NCBI GenBank assembly: GCA_965205335.1
Contig: OZ242164.1
Span: 352,001-416,000 of the forward strand
Reading direction: 5' to 3'
DNA length: 64,000 nucleotides
Origin: Candidatus Woesearchaeota archaeon
Lineage (GTDB): Archaea > Nanobdellota > Nanobdellia > Woesearchaeales > UBA583
The notes beneath the pieces were generated by a model, which was not told the origin of the DNA, made no database searches, and saw only the letters and a program-made list of their open reading frames with translations. A program made the translations under genes and the position numbers. Of this stretch, positions 29,375 through 38,700 are shown piece by piece (positions within the stretch are counted from its first letter, which is position 1; each line of letters starts with the position of its first letter).

Positions 29375-31144
29375 TTATACATAATAATATTCTCCTAAGG
29401 CTTTTTGTTTCTGATCATTTACAGAACCATCCTTATTTACTCTTGGTCTCTTATTTGAACTATCCCGCCTGAAAGTTATATCTAAATCCTTTAAAAACAA
29501 ATTCATTCCATCTCGCATACTTAGAGGTTCACTTGAAAATCCCTTTACCCCCTCCTCTCCCTGAAACACCAATAACTTATCTGAAAGATAATCCATAAAA
29601 ACCAAATCATGATCAATTATAAACGCAGATTTCTCCTTCATCTGAATGAAATTCTTAATTATCTTAGCTATCTTTAACCTATCCTCAACATCTAAAAATG
29701 CAGTAGGTTCATCAATAATATAAACCTGAGCTTCTGCAAGCAGGCATTTTGCAATAGCATACCTTTGCAGTTCCCCCCCTGAAAGGGTTTTAATAGATTT
29801 CTCTGCAATCGATGAAATATTTAAAGGATCTAAAACATACACCTGATAAAAATTATCTGTATAATTCTTATACTGCATCAAATCAAACTCAACCTGCTCC
29901 TTATCATCTCTTGGAACCATCTGTGGCTTATATGAAATTGGATTCTCATCTCCAAGTCCCTCTTCAAACAAATCATTTGCAAACGTGGACTTCCCAAGAG
30001 CATTCCTTCCTATAATCCCAATAATTTCTCCTTTCTTAATATCACCCTCTTTAACCTTCAACTTAAAATCTCCTGCTCTTAAATCTTTCTCTTCCCATTT
30101 TGCCATTACCTCAATCCTTTTGGCATCTTGAACTGACTCCTTATCAAACGTTATTGGCTTATCTCGAAACCTAACATTCTCTTCCTTTGAAAACCCTTCA
30201 AGATAAATATTTATCCCTGCCTTTGAAGACTTAACCCCCGTAAGCATTCCATAAATCCCTGACTGCCCATACATAATATTCACAAAATCACACAAATAAT
30301 CCAAAATAATCAAATCATGCTCAACAACTAAAACTGTCTTATTCTGAGCCTTTTCCTTAATTATCTTTGATGTATTAAACCGCTCAAAAATATCCAAATA
30401 ATTTGTAATCTCATCTAATATATAAAAATTCGTCTCATCCTTTAGAAGACAGGATGCAACTGCAACCCTTTGCAATTCCCCCCCTGAAATAACACCAATA
30501 TCCCTATCAAGAGCATTCCTTATATTTAATTTAGATGCTATCTCCTCAACTTTTGCCTTATCTGAATTTACTTTTAAAAGAAGTTTTTTAACCTTTCCTT
30601 TGAAAACATTTGGAATACTTACAATCTGCTGTGGTTTATACGCTATTTTAATCTCTCCTTTCTCTAATTTTCCTAAATAATTCTGAAGAGCAGTGCCCTT
30701 AAACATAGTATTTAAATGTTTAAAATAATCCTCATCAGGAATCTTTTCCTCCCCAAACTTTGCAAAATTTACTTTTATTGTATTTGCTAAAGAATTTATC
30801 ACTGTTGTCTTTCCTATCCCGTTTCTTCCAATAATTCCTGTAATTGCATTTTCCTGAATCAATGGTAAATCAAATATCCTAAACCCATTAGGCCCATACT
30901 GATGAATTGGAACTTTATCTTTCATATCCGGAAGATTAATAATAGTTATTGCTCCAAACGGACAAATCTTAGGACAAATCCCACATCCCGTGCACAATGT
31001 TTCATCAATGCCTGCCTTTTTGCCTTGATCCTCTTCATAAATACAATCTGAACCAGTCATATTTACAGGGCATTGCTTCATACACAACCAACCACACAAA
31101 TGAGGTTTACACTTCTCCTTATCAATAACTGCAATTCTTGGCAT
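29375..31144 (-). CDS. Ribosome recycling ATPase ABCE1 (Rli1)
   Basis: N-terminal Fe-S Cys motifs (CKPHLC..LCMKQCP, CTGCGICPKICP), two ABC cassettes with SGGELQR, TFRRD..NKRPRVNK, GEYYY. Confidence 0.96.
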   Translation of the reverse strand: MPRIAVIDKEKCKPHLCGWLCMKQCPVNMTGSDCIYEEDQGKKAGIDETLCTGCGICPKICPFGAITIINLPDMKDKVPIHQYGPNGFRIFDLPLIQENAITGIIGRNGIGKTTVINSLANTIKVNFAKFGEEKIPDEDYFKHLNTMFKGTALQNYLGKLEKGEIKIAYKPQQIVSIPNVFKGKVKKLLLKVNSDKAKVEEIASKLNIRNALDRDIGVISGGELQRVAVASCLLKDETNFYILDEITNYLDIFERFNTSKIIKEKAQNKTVLVVEHDLIILDYLCDFVNIMYGQSGIYGMLTGVKSSKAGINIYLEGFSKEENVRFRDKPITFDKESVQDAKRIEVMAKWEEKDLRAGDFKLKVKEGDIKKGEIIGIIGRNALGKSTFANDLFEEGLGDENPISYKPQMVPRDDKEQVEFDLMQYKNYTDNFYQVYVLDPLNISSIAEKSIKTLSGGELQRYAIAKCLLAEAQVYIIDEPTAFLDVEDRLKIAKIIKNFIQMKEKSAFIIDHDLVFMDYLSDKLLVFQGEEGVKGFSSEPLSMRDGMNLFLKDLDITFRRDSSNKRPRVNKDGSVNDQKQKALGEYYYV

Positions 31145-31166
31145 TTTAAATCAACACAAATTTGAT

Positions 31167-31487
31167 TTACTCAACAGAAATCTTCTTTGAGCGAATACCC
31201 TTATCAGCAGAAACATTTGTCTTATTACACTCCGTGCACGTATACCTTAAATCCGTCTTTTTTGAATGCTTCTTATTAAATCTCTTCCATGAATTCAATG
31301 CACCTCTTGACCTTGCCCCCTTATTACCAGTTCCAGTTGTAAGCCCTCTTAACTTCATTCTAATCTGAGAAAATCTAGTCATAGGATGAGTTTTGTTCTT
31401 CCCCCTATTTTTCTCATTTTTAACTTTCTGAAGAGTATGTTTTTTGCACTTAGAACAGAACCTCTTCATCTCTTTTGGAATCTTCAT
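31167..31487 (-). CDS. rpl44e: 50S ribosomal protein L44e (eL42)
   Basis: MKIPK...FCSKCKKHT...KKTDLRYTCTECNK zinc ribbon. Confidence 0.93.
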   Translation of the reverse strand: MKIPKEMKRFCSKCKKHTLQKVKNEKNRGKNKTHPMTRFSQIRMKLRGLTTGTGNKGARSRGALNSWKRFNKKHSKKTDLRYTCTECNKTNVSADKGIRSKKISVE

Positions 31488-31586
31488 ACTAATAATTAAT
31501 TTAAGAAGTTTTATAAAGGTTAGGTTTTGCCCCCCACTTACATCATCAAGAATTTATAATCTTAAAAAAAGAATAAAAAACAAAAT

Positions 31587-33656
31587 TTAACAAGTTATAG
31601 GAAAATTTGGTTTATTAGAAGATGTAAATAAAGTAGCACCATTACTAAAGTCTTGACAATTAACAATAATATTCACATTCCAACCACTCAAATCCTGATT
31701 AAATGAAGTTGCACTATCAAACATATTATTCATATACTTAACATTACCTACATCCCAACCACTCAAATTACTATTAAATAAACTTGCTCCTTGGAACATA
31801 TCATTCATATTTGTAACTCTGCTCACGTTCCAAAGACTCAAATCACTATTAAATGAACTTGCTCCTTGGAATATATTTTTCATACTTGTAGCCTTATGTA
31901 CATTCCAAAGACTCAAATCACTATTAAATGAACTTGCTCCTTGGAACATATTATTCATATTTAAAACATTACTTACATCCCAATTGCTCAAATCACCATT
32001 AAAATCATATGCATAAAGGAACATACCTGACGTATCTCTAACTCTGCTCATATTCCACCCACTTAAATCACCATTAAAACTACTCGCATCAAAGAACATA
32101 CCTTTCATATCTGTAACACTACTTACATCCCAATTACTCAAATTATTATTAAATAAATATGAATGAGAGAACATATTCCCCATATCTGTAACTCTGCCCA
32201 CATTCCAACTGCTCAAATTACTACTAAAATTATTTACATCATAGAACATCCATTTCATATCTTCAACTCTACTTACATCCCAATTGCTCAAATCATCATT
32301 AAAACTATTTGCATAAGCGAGCATATGTGACATATCTGTAACACGGCTTACATCCCAATTACTCAAATTACCTTCAAATTGAGTTGCAGAATGGAACATA
32401 TGTGACATATCAGTAACACCTGACAAATTCAACACATCTGTAGCGGACACATCTAATTCGTTACATCCCCAAAAATATCCTCCATTATTGCCAAGTATTA
32501 AAGATCCCCAATTACTAATATCACTAATTTTATTTTTGTCTCCGCCATCACCAAATCTAAAACCTTCAATTTTCCCTTTAATAATTATCTCATACTCTCC
32601 TGCCGTTGCATATGTACGAATTACGTCTGAGTGATTCCATTCCGTAATTGTATCATAAGTCCCATCACCCCAGGACACAGCAAAACTATAATTCCCAGAA
32701 CTCTCTAAAGGTAATTTAATCTGATTATAACTTGAAGATCCAGGAAGTGTTTGCGTTGTATCCCAGAGCGAAACAAACAAATTATATATAAGTTTATTAC
32801 AATCTGTATCACTTCCTCCATGCAACCCATCACAACTCCATAGATGATGAGTAAAATTATCAGGAGAATCATCTAAATTTCCTCTCACACACCCATTAAC
32901 AATTGTACCACAAACACCATTTACAGGAGGAGGTTTAAGTTCACTGCACATAGCATCAAATCCGCTATTCAACCCTCTGCAACTCCACAAAAAATGAGTA
33001 GCATTATCTACAAAATCATCAAAAATTCCTCTTAAACAATCAGGTTCACTCAAGCCGCAAACACCATTTATATCAATACGATCCTTAGAATCAGTATGAT
33101 CCACTCTAATTTTTAGAGTTCCCTTACTTAGCATTTCAATATCTGTCTCATGCTCCTTCAATGGAACTTCAATCCTGCCCATGATAACATCCCCCTCAAA
33201 CAACTCCCCCACAGAATCAGAAGAACCATTCAAATTGCAGTCAAAAACAATCCTTCCTAACTCAGAAGGCTTAAAAGTAACAGAACTGTTACTATAATTA
33301 CTATACAAATCACCATCAATATTTTCAACCAAAACACTTTCACATTTCTTTCCACCATCATCTATTATCATTGATTCACTTGGTGTTATATTAACAACAT
33401 ACCTGCCCTGATGCCTAAAATAAATATGAACTTTACTCTGAAACGAAGAATACAACGACATCTCTGAATAAGCACCCGAAGCCTCATACTCTGCTTCAAG
33501 AAGATTTTTGAACTCTACCTCATCAGGATATAATAAACTAAAATCCACAAAAGAAAAAGCTACCGCTGCTGTAACTAAAACTATTAAAAACATCCAGCCA
33601 TATGTCATTAAAAACTCATATGCCGCTTGTGATCTCCCGCCTCTTATCTCTCTCAT
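31587..33656 (-). CDS. Surface protein with class III (pilin-type) signal peptide, Cys-rich repeats and DUF285/BspA-type 25-aa repeats
   Basis: RSQAAYEFLMTYGWMFLIV; two NGVCG..C..G...WSC.G...D..C units; repeated FNxDLSxWDVSxVTxMxxMF. Confidence 0.85.
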   Translation of the reverse strand: MREIRGGRSQAAYEFLMTYGWMFLIVLVTAAVAFSFVDFSLLYPDEVEFKNLLEAEYEASGAYSEMSLYSSFQSKVHIYFRHQGRYVVNITPSESMIIDDGGKKCESVLVENIDGDLYSNYSNSSVTFKPSELGRIVFDCNLNGSSDSVGELFEGDVIMGRIEVPLKEHETDIEMLSKGTLKIRVDHTDSKDRIDINGVCGLSEPDCLRGIFDDFVDNATHFLWSCRGLNSGFDAMCSELKPPPVNGVCGTIVNGCVRGNLDDSPDNFTHHLWSCDGLHGGSDTDCNKLIYNLFVSLWDTTQTLPGSSSYNQIKLPLESSGNYSFAVSWGDGTYDTITEWNHSDVIRTYATAGEYEIIIKGKIEGFRFGDGGDKNKISDISNWGSLILGNNGGYFWGCNELDVSATDVLNLSGVTDMSHMFHSATQFEGNLSNWDVSRVTDMSHMLAYANSFNDDLSNWDVSRVEDMKWMFYDVNNFSSNLSSWNVGRVTDMGNMFSHSYLFNNNLSNWDVSSVTDMKGMFFDASSFNGDLSGWNMSRVRDTSGMFLYAYDFNGDLSNWDVSNVLNMNNMFQGASSFNSDLSLWNVHKATSMKNIFQGASSFNSDLSLWNVSRVTNMNDMFQGASLFNSNLSGWDVGNVKYMNNMFDSATSFNQDLSGWNVNIIVNCQDFSNGATLFTSSNKPNFPITC

Positions 33657-33870
33657 TACACAAATCTTTCACTAAATAGATTTATAAAAACTTGTAACCC
33701 CTTTACTAAGTATTCCAAAAACAAACAAAACACCAAGGCAATAATATAAAATTAATCATATCAAGGATAAGTAAATGACACATTCATTCTTCTATATATT
33801 CTTACTTATTACTCATACAGCAAATGCATTTAAATTTACGTAGACAAACAAAACACCAATTTAAAAACAG

Positions 33871-34005
33871 TGCGGAATCGGGGATTTGAACCCCGGACCT
33901 CAGGCTTTCTTAGTAAGAAATACCAATAGAATCGCGATCAGAACCATCTAACTGTTTCGTTAAACTTATAAGACCTGCGCTCTAACCAGACTGAGCTAAA
34001 TCCGC
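33871..34005 (-). tRNA. tRNA-Ile(UAU) with a 60-nt intron at canonical position 37/38 (33907-33966)
   Basis: GCGGATTTAGCTCAGTCTGGTTAGAGCG CAGGT CT TAT A [intron] A GCCTG AGGTCCGGGGTTCAAATCCCCGATTCCGCA; bulge-helix-bulge with central CTTA/TAAG helix; 75-nt mature length. Confidence 0.85.
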
Positions 34006-34015
34006 ATAAAACACA

Positions 34016-34087
34016 TGCACGCGCCGGGATTTGAACCCGGGTTACAAGCTTGGCAAGCTCGTGTCATAACCACTAAACTACGCATGC
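34016..34087 (-). tRNA. tRNA-Gly(GCC)
   Basis: GCATGCGTAGTTTAGTGGTTATGACACGAGCTTGCCAAGCTTGTAACCCGGGTTCAAATCCCGGCGCGTGCA folds as a cloverleaf with anticodon GCC. Confidence 0.93.
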
Positions 34088-34141
34088 AATATCAATACAA
34101 TTCAAAATTAAACTCTTTTTATAAAAGTTTCCTCTAACACT

Positions 34142-34276
34142 GGCTTTGTACGAAAAGTAACTAAATATCCTGACTTATCGTACAACAAGTTAGAGGTAAT
34201 TCTCAAGTTTTCCATTTTTAATTAAAACTCTTTTTTACAATTATTGTTTCTTAAAAATTAATTTTCGGATAGAGCC
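34142..34276. mobile_element. Possible degenerate MITE related to 29193-29320
   Basis: Left GGCTTTGTACGAAAAGTAA, right end reverse complement GGCTCTATCCGAAAATTAA; similar length (135 bp); no TSD visible. Confidence 0.45.
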
Positions 34277-34320
34277 AAATAGCCACTAAGTTTATAAATA
34301 AAAAAATATAAACCCAAAGT

Positions 34321-34551
34321 ATGGAACAAAGTGTGAAATTAGGTAATAAAACTAAGAGCGATAATAGAGAAGTTAAAGCAGAAATAGACTACCAAAAATT
34401 AAGAACAATGATTAGAAAGATTGTAAGAGAAGAACTACAGAAAGCAAGATACCTGTTAATCTTCTCCCAAGAACAAAAAGAACTTGAGAATCTTTACAGC
34501 AAAGAAGCATTAATGGAAACATACAATGAAGAAGATTACATTGGAATTTAA
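34321..34551 (+). CDS. Small putative antitoxin upstream of a RelE-like gene
   Basis: 76 aa, IRKIVREEL, acidic tail; ends 2 nt before the RelE-like frame. Confidence 0.55.
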   Translation: MEQSVKLGNKTKSDNREVKAEIDYQKLRTMIRKIVREELQKARYLLIFSQEQKELENLYSKEALMETYNEEDYIGI

Positions 34552-34553
34552 GA

Positions 34554-34811
34554 ATGTGAAAAGTCAGAGTCAAAAGAGAAGTTTCTCAATTTATTGATTC
34601 ACTCCCAAACTCAGAAGAAATTAAAGAAAAACTAATAAGATTAAAACATTTCAAATCCACAAAGAATATTCATTTAGACATTAAACGTTATAGAGACAAA
34701 AAACGAGATATTTTTCGATTAAGGATTGGAAAATTAAGATTTATCTTTGAAGTTGAAGAAAACCTAATTTTCATTAAGGCTGCAGATTTCAGAGGAAGAG
34801 TTTACAAGTAA
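34554..34811 (+). pseudogene. RelE/ParE-family toxin with a nonsense codon at position 2
   Basis: ATG TGA AAA GTC...: M*KVRVKREVSQFIDSLP...LDIKRY...IFRLRIGKLRFIFEVEENLIFIKAADFRGRVYK*. Confidence 0.8.
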
Positions 34812-34935
34812 TTAAAGGAATTTGGAAATCTAATAACTTAAATCATAATAAAAAACATAATTGAAAACAACACCTTAATTTACACCAGAATCACTAATAA
34901 ACAATATTTATAAACTTTCATATCTCACACAAATT

Positions 34936-35664
34936 ATGGACTTAAATCTCTTCACAGAATCCAAGGAGAAAAAAATTAGAAAAGAAATAATCTTAAACAA
35001 TAAAGAAATTAAAATAACAAGAATAGATAATCATTTAGAATTTAACTTCAAACACAAAGACGCTATAAAGAAATATCAAAATCTTATGTTCTTCTCGCCA
35101 ACAAATTCAATAATCACAGACTCAGACAAAGAAGCAGAAGACTTTTTCAAACAATCAATCAAAGAAGGAGTTGAAGGACTAATGTTTAAATCATTAAAAG
35201 CGCCATACAAACCGGGACTAAGAACAGGAACAATGGCAAAAATCAAAGAAACAAAAGAAGACATTGACGTTGTCATATTAGGAGCAGAATACGGAAAAGG
35301 AAAAAGAGCAGGATTTTACTCATCCTTTCTTGTCGGGGTAAAAAACCCAGATTACTCAGATGAAAACGACATTTACTTGGAAATTGGAAAAGTCTCCTCA
35401 GGAATAAAAGAACTTGAAGGAGAAGGTGCTACAATGGAAAATCTGATGAACCTCTTAAAACCCCTAAAAACAGAAGAGAAAAACGGAATAATAAAATTTG
35501 AACCAAAAATAATAATTCAGATAAGATATCAGGAAATACAAAAATCAACAACATACAACTCTGGCTACGCCCTTAGGTTCCCAAGAATAATCAGCCTAAG
35601 AGAAGACAAACTACTTGAAGAAATAAACACTGTCAGTGACATAAGAAATTTCAATACTATTTAG
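34936..35664 (+). CDS. lig: ATP-dependent DNA ligase, C-terminal portion only (motifs IV-VI and OB domain)
   Basis: EGLMFK, YKPGLR..MAKIK, DVVILGAEYGKGKR, YALRFPRI..LREDK; no KxDG motif I or DNA-binding domain. Confidence 0.8.
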   Translation: MDLNLFTESKEKKIRKEIILNNKEIKITRIDNHLEFNFKHKDAIKKYQNLMFFSPTNSIITDSDKEAEDFFKQSIKEGVEGLMFKSLKAPYKPGLRTGTMAKIKETKEDIDVVILGAEYGKGKRAGFYSSFLVGVKNPDYSDENDIYLEIGKVSSGIKELEGEGATMENLMNLLKPLKTEEKNGIIKFEPKIIIQIRYQEIQKSTTYNSGYALRFPRIISLREDKLLEEINTVSDIRNFNTI

Positions 35665-35713
35665 TAGTAAAACTTATAAATAACAGTATCTTACTAAATT
35701 GTAGAGATTAACT

Positions 35714-38700
35714 ATGGAACGAAAGAATTTACCACAAAACAAAGTATTAAGGATACTTATGACATTATTACTATTCATATTCATAAGTAGCGTTCTTGCT
35801 CATGCTGTTAGTGCTGTCAATAATCCTCCGGTTTTCACCAGTGGTGACAGTTTTTGGGTTGACGAAAACACTGTTTACGTAACTACAATAACCGCTAATG
35901 ATTCCGACAGCGAAGATAACATTACTGGTTATGAGGTTATATATCGTGATAGTTCAACAATGGACAGCAGACATTTCCAGATTACAAATGATGGCGTTTT
36001 GAGTTTCATTTCTCCTCCCGACTACGAGAATCCCACTAACTTTGACCCTGATAAACTTGGTTTATATCGCCTTGCTGTAAAAGTCACAAGTGGTTCTGGT
36101 AGTAGAGAAAGAACCGCAATAAATAGATATATATACGTGATAGTAGGGGATGTGGATGAATTCCTTTCTTTCAGTCAGAACCTATACACCTTCAATCTTA
36201 ACGAAAGCGAAAAAGGAAATCTGATACCTCTTCTCCTTGGCAGTGTGAACGCTACCAGCAACGATAATCTTTCAAATGAAATCATATACTCAATCACACA
36301 AGGCAACACCAGCAAATTTAATATTAACCGGTCAAACGGACAGATTACATATATTGGAAACGGAGAAGATTATGAGAGTGGGAAAATACAATACAATTTA
36401 ACTGTTCAGGCAAATGATAGTGTAAATAATGCAACTGCTAATATTATAGTTTATGTTAATGCTGTAAATGAACCTCCTGTTTTCAGTCAGAATTCATATA
36501 CTTTCAATCTTGATGAGAATGCTGATGGAAGTTCAAACCCTATTTCCGTTGGAAATGTGACTGCAACTGATGAGGAAAATGATTCTGTAAATTACTCAAT
36601 AACACAGGGTAATACAAGCAAGTTTAATATTGACAGGTCAAACGGACAGATTACATATATTGGAAACGGAGAAGATTATGAGAGCGGAACAACACAATAC
36701 ACCCTAATGGTTTCGGCAAATGATAGTGTAAATGAAGAAACTGCTCAAATTATAATTAATATCAACAATCTAAACGATAACTCTCCTGTTTTCAATCAGA
36801 GTTCATACACTTTCAGGCTTGATGAGAAAGTAGTTGGAAATTCAACTCCTGTTTCCCTTGGAAATGTTACTGCTACCGATGAAGATAGAGACATCTTAAC
36901 ATACTCTATTACACAAGGTGACACAGATAAGTTTGATATTAACCCATCAAACGGGGAAATTACATACATCGGAAGCGGAGAGGATTATGAAAGTGGAACA
37001 ACTCAGTACACTCTAACAGTTACTGCAAATGATAGCACAAGTCAAGTGAATGCTCAAGTAACTGTGAATGTGAATAATGTGAATGAACCGCCAGTATTTG
37101 ACCAGAATTCTTACACATTCGATCTTGATGAAAATGAAGACGGCAGTACAAATCCAGTATATGTTGACACAGTAAATGCAGCAGATGTTGATAATGGAGA
37201 TAATGTAGAATACTCTATTTCAGCAGGAGATACTAATAAATTTAGTATTAATTCAACAACTGGAGATATCACATACATCGGAAGCGGAGAGGATTACGAG
37301 AGCGGAACAACTCAGTACACTCTAACAGTTACTGCTGATGATGGAACAAGTCAAGTGAATGCTCAAGTAACTGTGAATGTGAATAATGTGAATGAACCGC
37401 CAGTATTTGACCAGAATTCTTACACATTCGATCTTGATGAAAATGAAGACGGCAGTACAAATCCAGTATATGTTGACACAGTAAATGCAGCAGATGTTGA
37501 TAATGGAGATAATGTAGAATACTCTATTTCAGCAGGAGATACTAATAAATTTAGTATTAATTCAACAACTGGAGATATCACATACATTGGAACTGGAGAG
37601 AATTACGAGAGCGGAACAACTCAGTACACTCTAACTGTTACTGCTGATGATGGAACAAATCAGGTAGATGTTCAGGTAACAGTGGATATTAATGATTTGA
37701 ATGAGAATACAAATGAGTTTGGGTTTGAGAAAAGTGCATATACATTCAGTATTGATGAAAATGAAGACGGAAGTTCAACACCAGTAAATCTTGGAACTGT
37801 AAAGGCAGTAAATAATGAAAGTACTGTAACATATTCAATTTCAGCAGAAGATAACAATAAATTTAGTATCAATTCTCAGACGGGAGTTATTACATACATT
37901 GGGAATGGAGAGGATTATGAAAGTGGAACAACTCAGTACACCCTAACTGTTAATGCAAATGATACAATAAGTCAAGTGAATGCACAAGTAACTGTGAATG
38001 TGGATGATGTAAATGAACCGCCTGTATTTGAACAGAATTCCTACTCATTTGACCTTGATGAAAATGTGAATGGAAGTTCAACACCAGTAAATCTTGGAAC
38101 TGTAACTGCTGAGGATGAAGATTCTGGAGATAATATGGAATACTCAATTTCAGCAGGAGATAACAATAAATTTAGTATCAATTCTCAGACAGGAGAGATT
38201 ACATATATCGGAAGTGGAGAGGATTATGAAAGTGGAACAACTCAGTACACTCTAACAGTTACTGCTGATGATGGAACAAATCAGGTAGATGTTCAGGTAA
38301 CAGTGGATATTAATGATTTAAATGAAAATACAAATACATTTGAATTTGAGAAAAGTGCATACACATTCAGTATTGATGAAAATGTGAATGGAAGTTCAAA
38401 TCCTGTAAATCTTGGAACTGTAAAGGCAGTGAATAATGAAAGTACTGTAACATATTCAATTTCAACAGGAGATACTAATAAATTTGCTATTAACTCAACA
38501 ACTGGAACTATTACATACATAGGAAGTGGAGAGGATTACGAAACAGACAACCAGTACAATCTAACCGTTACTGCAGATGATGGAACTAATGAAGTGAATG
38601 TTCAAGTAACTGTGAATATTAATGACTTAAACGAAAATACAGAAGAGTTTGAATTTGAGAAAAATGCATACACATTCAATCTTGATGAAAATGAAGATGG

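Noticed and set aside
31660-32420. 75-bp periodic repeats as a CRISPR array
   Set aside because: They encode 25-aa DUF285-type repeats within a CDS and have no unique spacers.
34554-34559. TGA recoded as Trp (alternative genetic code)
   Set aside because: Conserved genes such as livM and the dph2 C-terminal part end at TGA at the expected positions, and long ORFs are intact under code 11.
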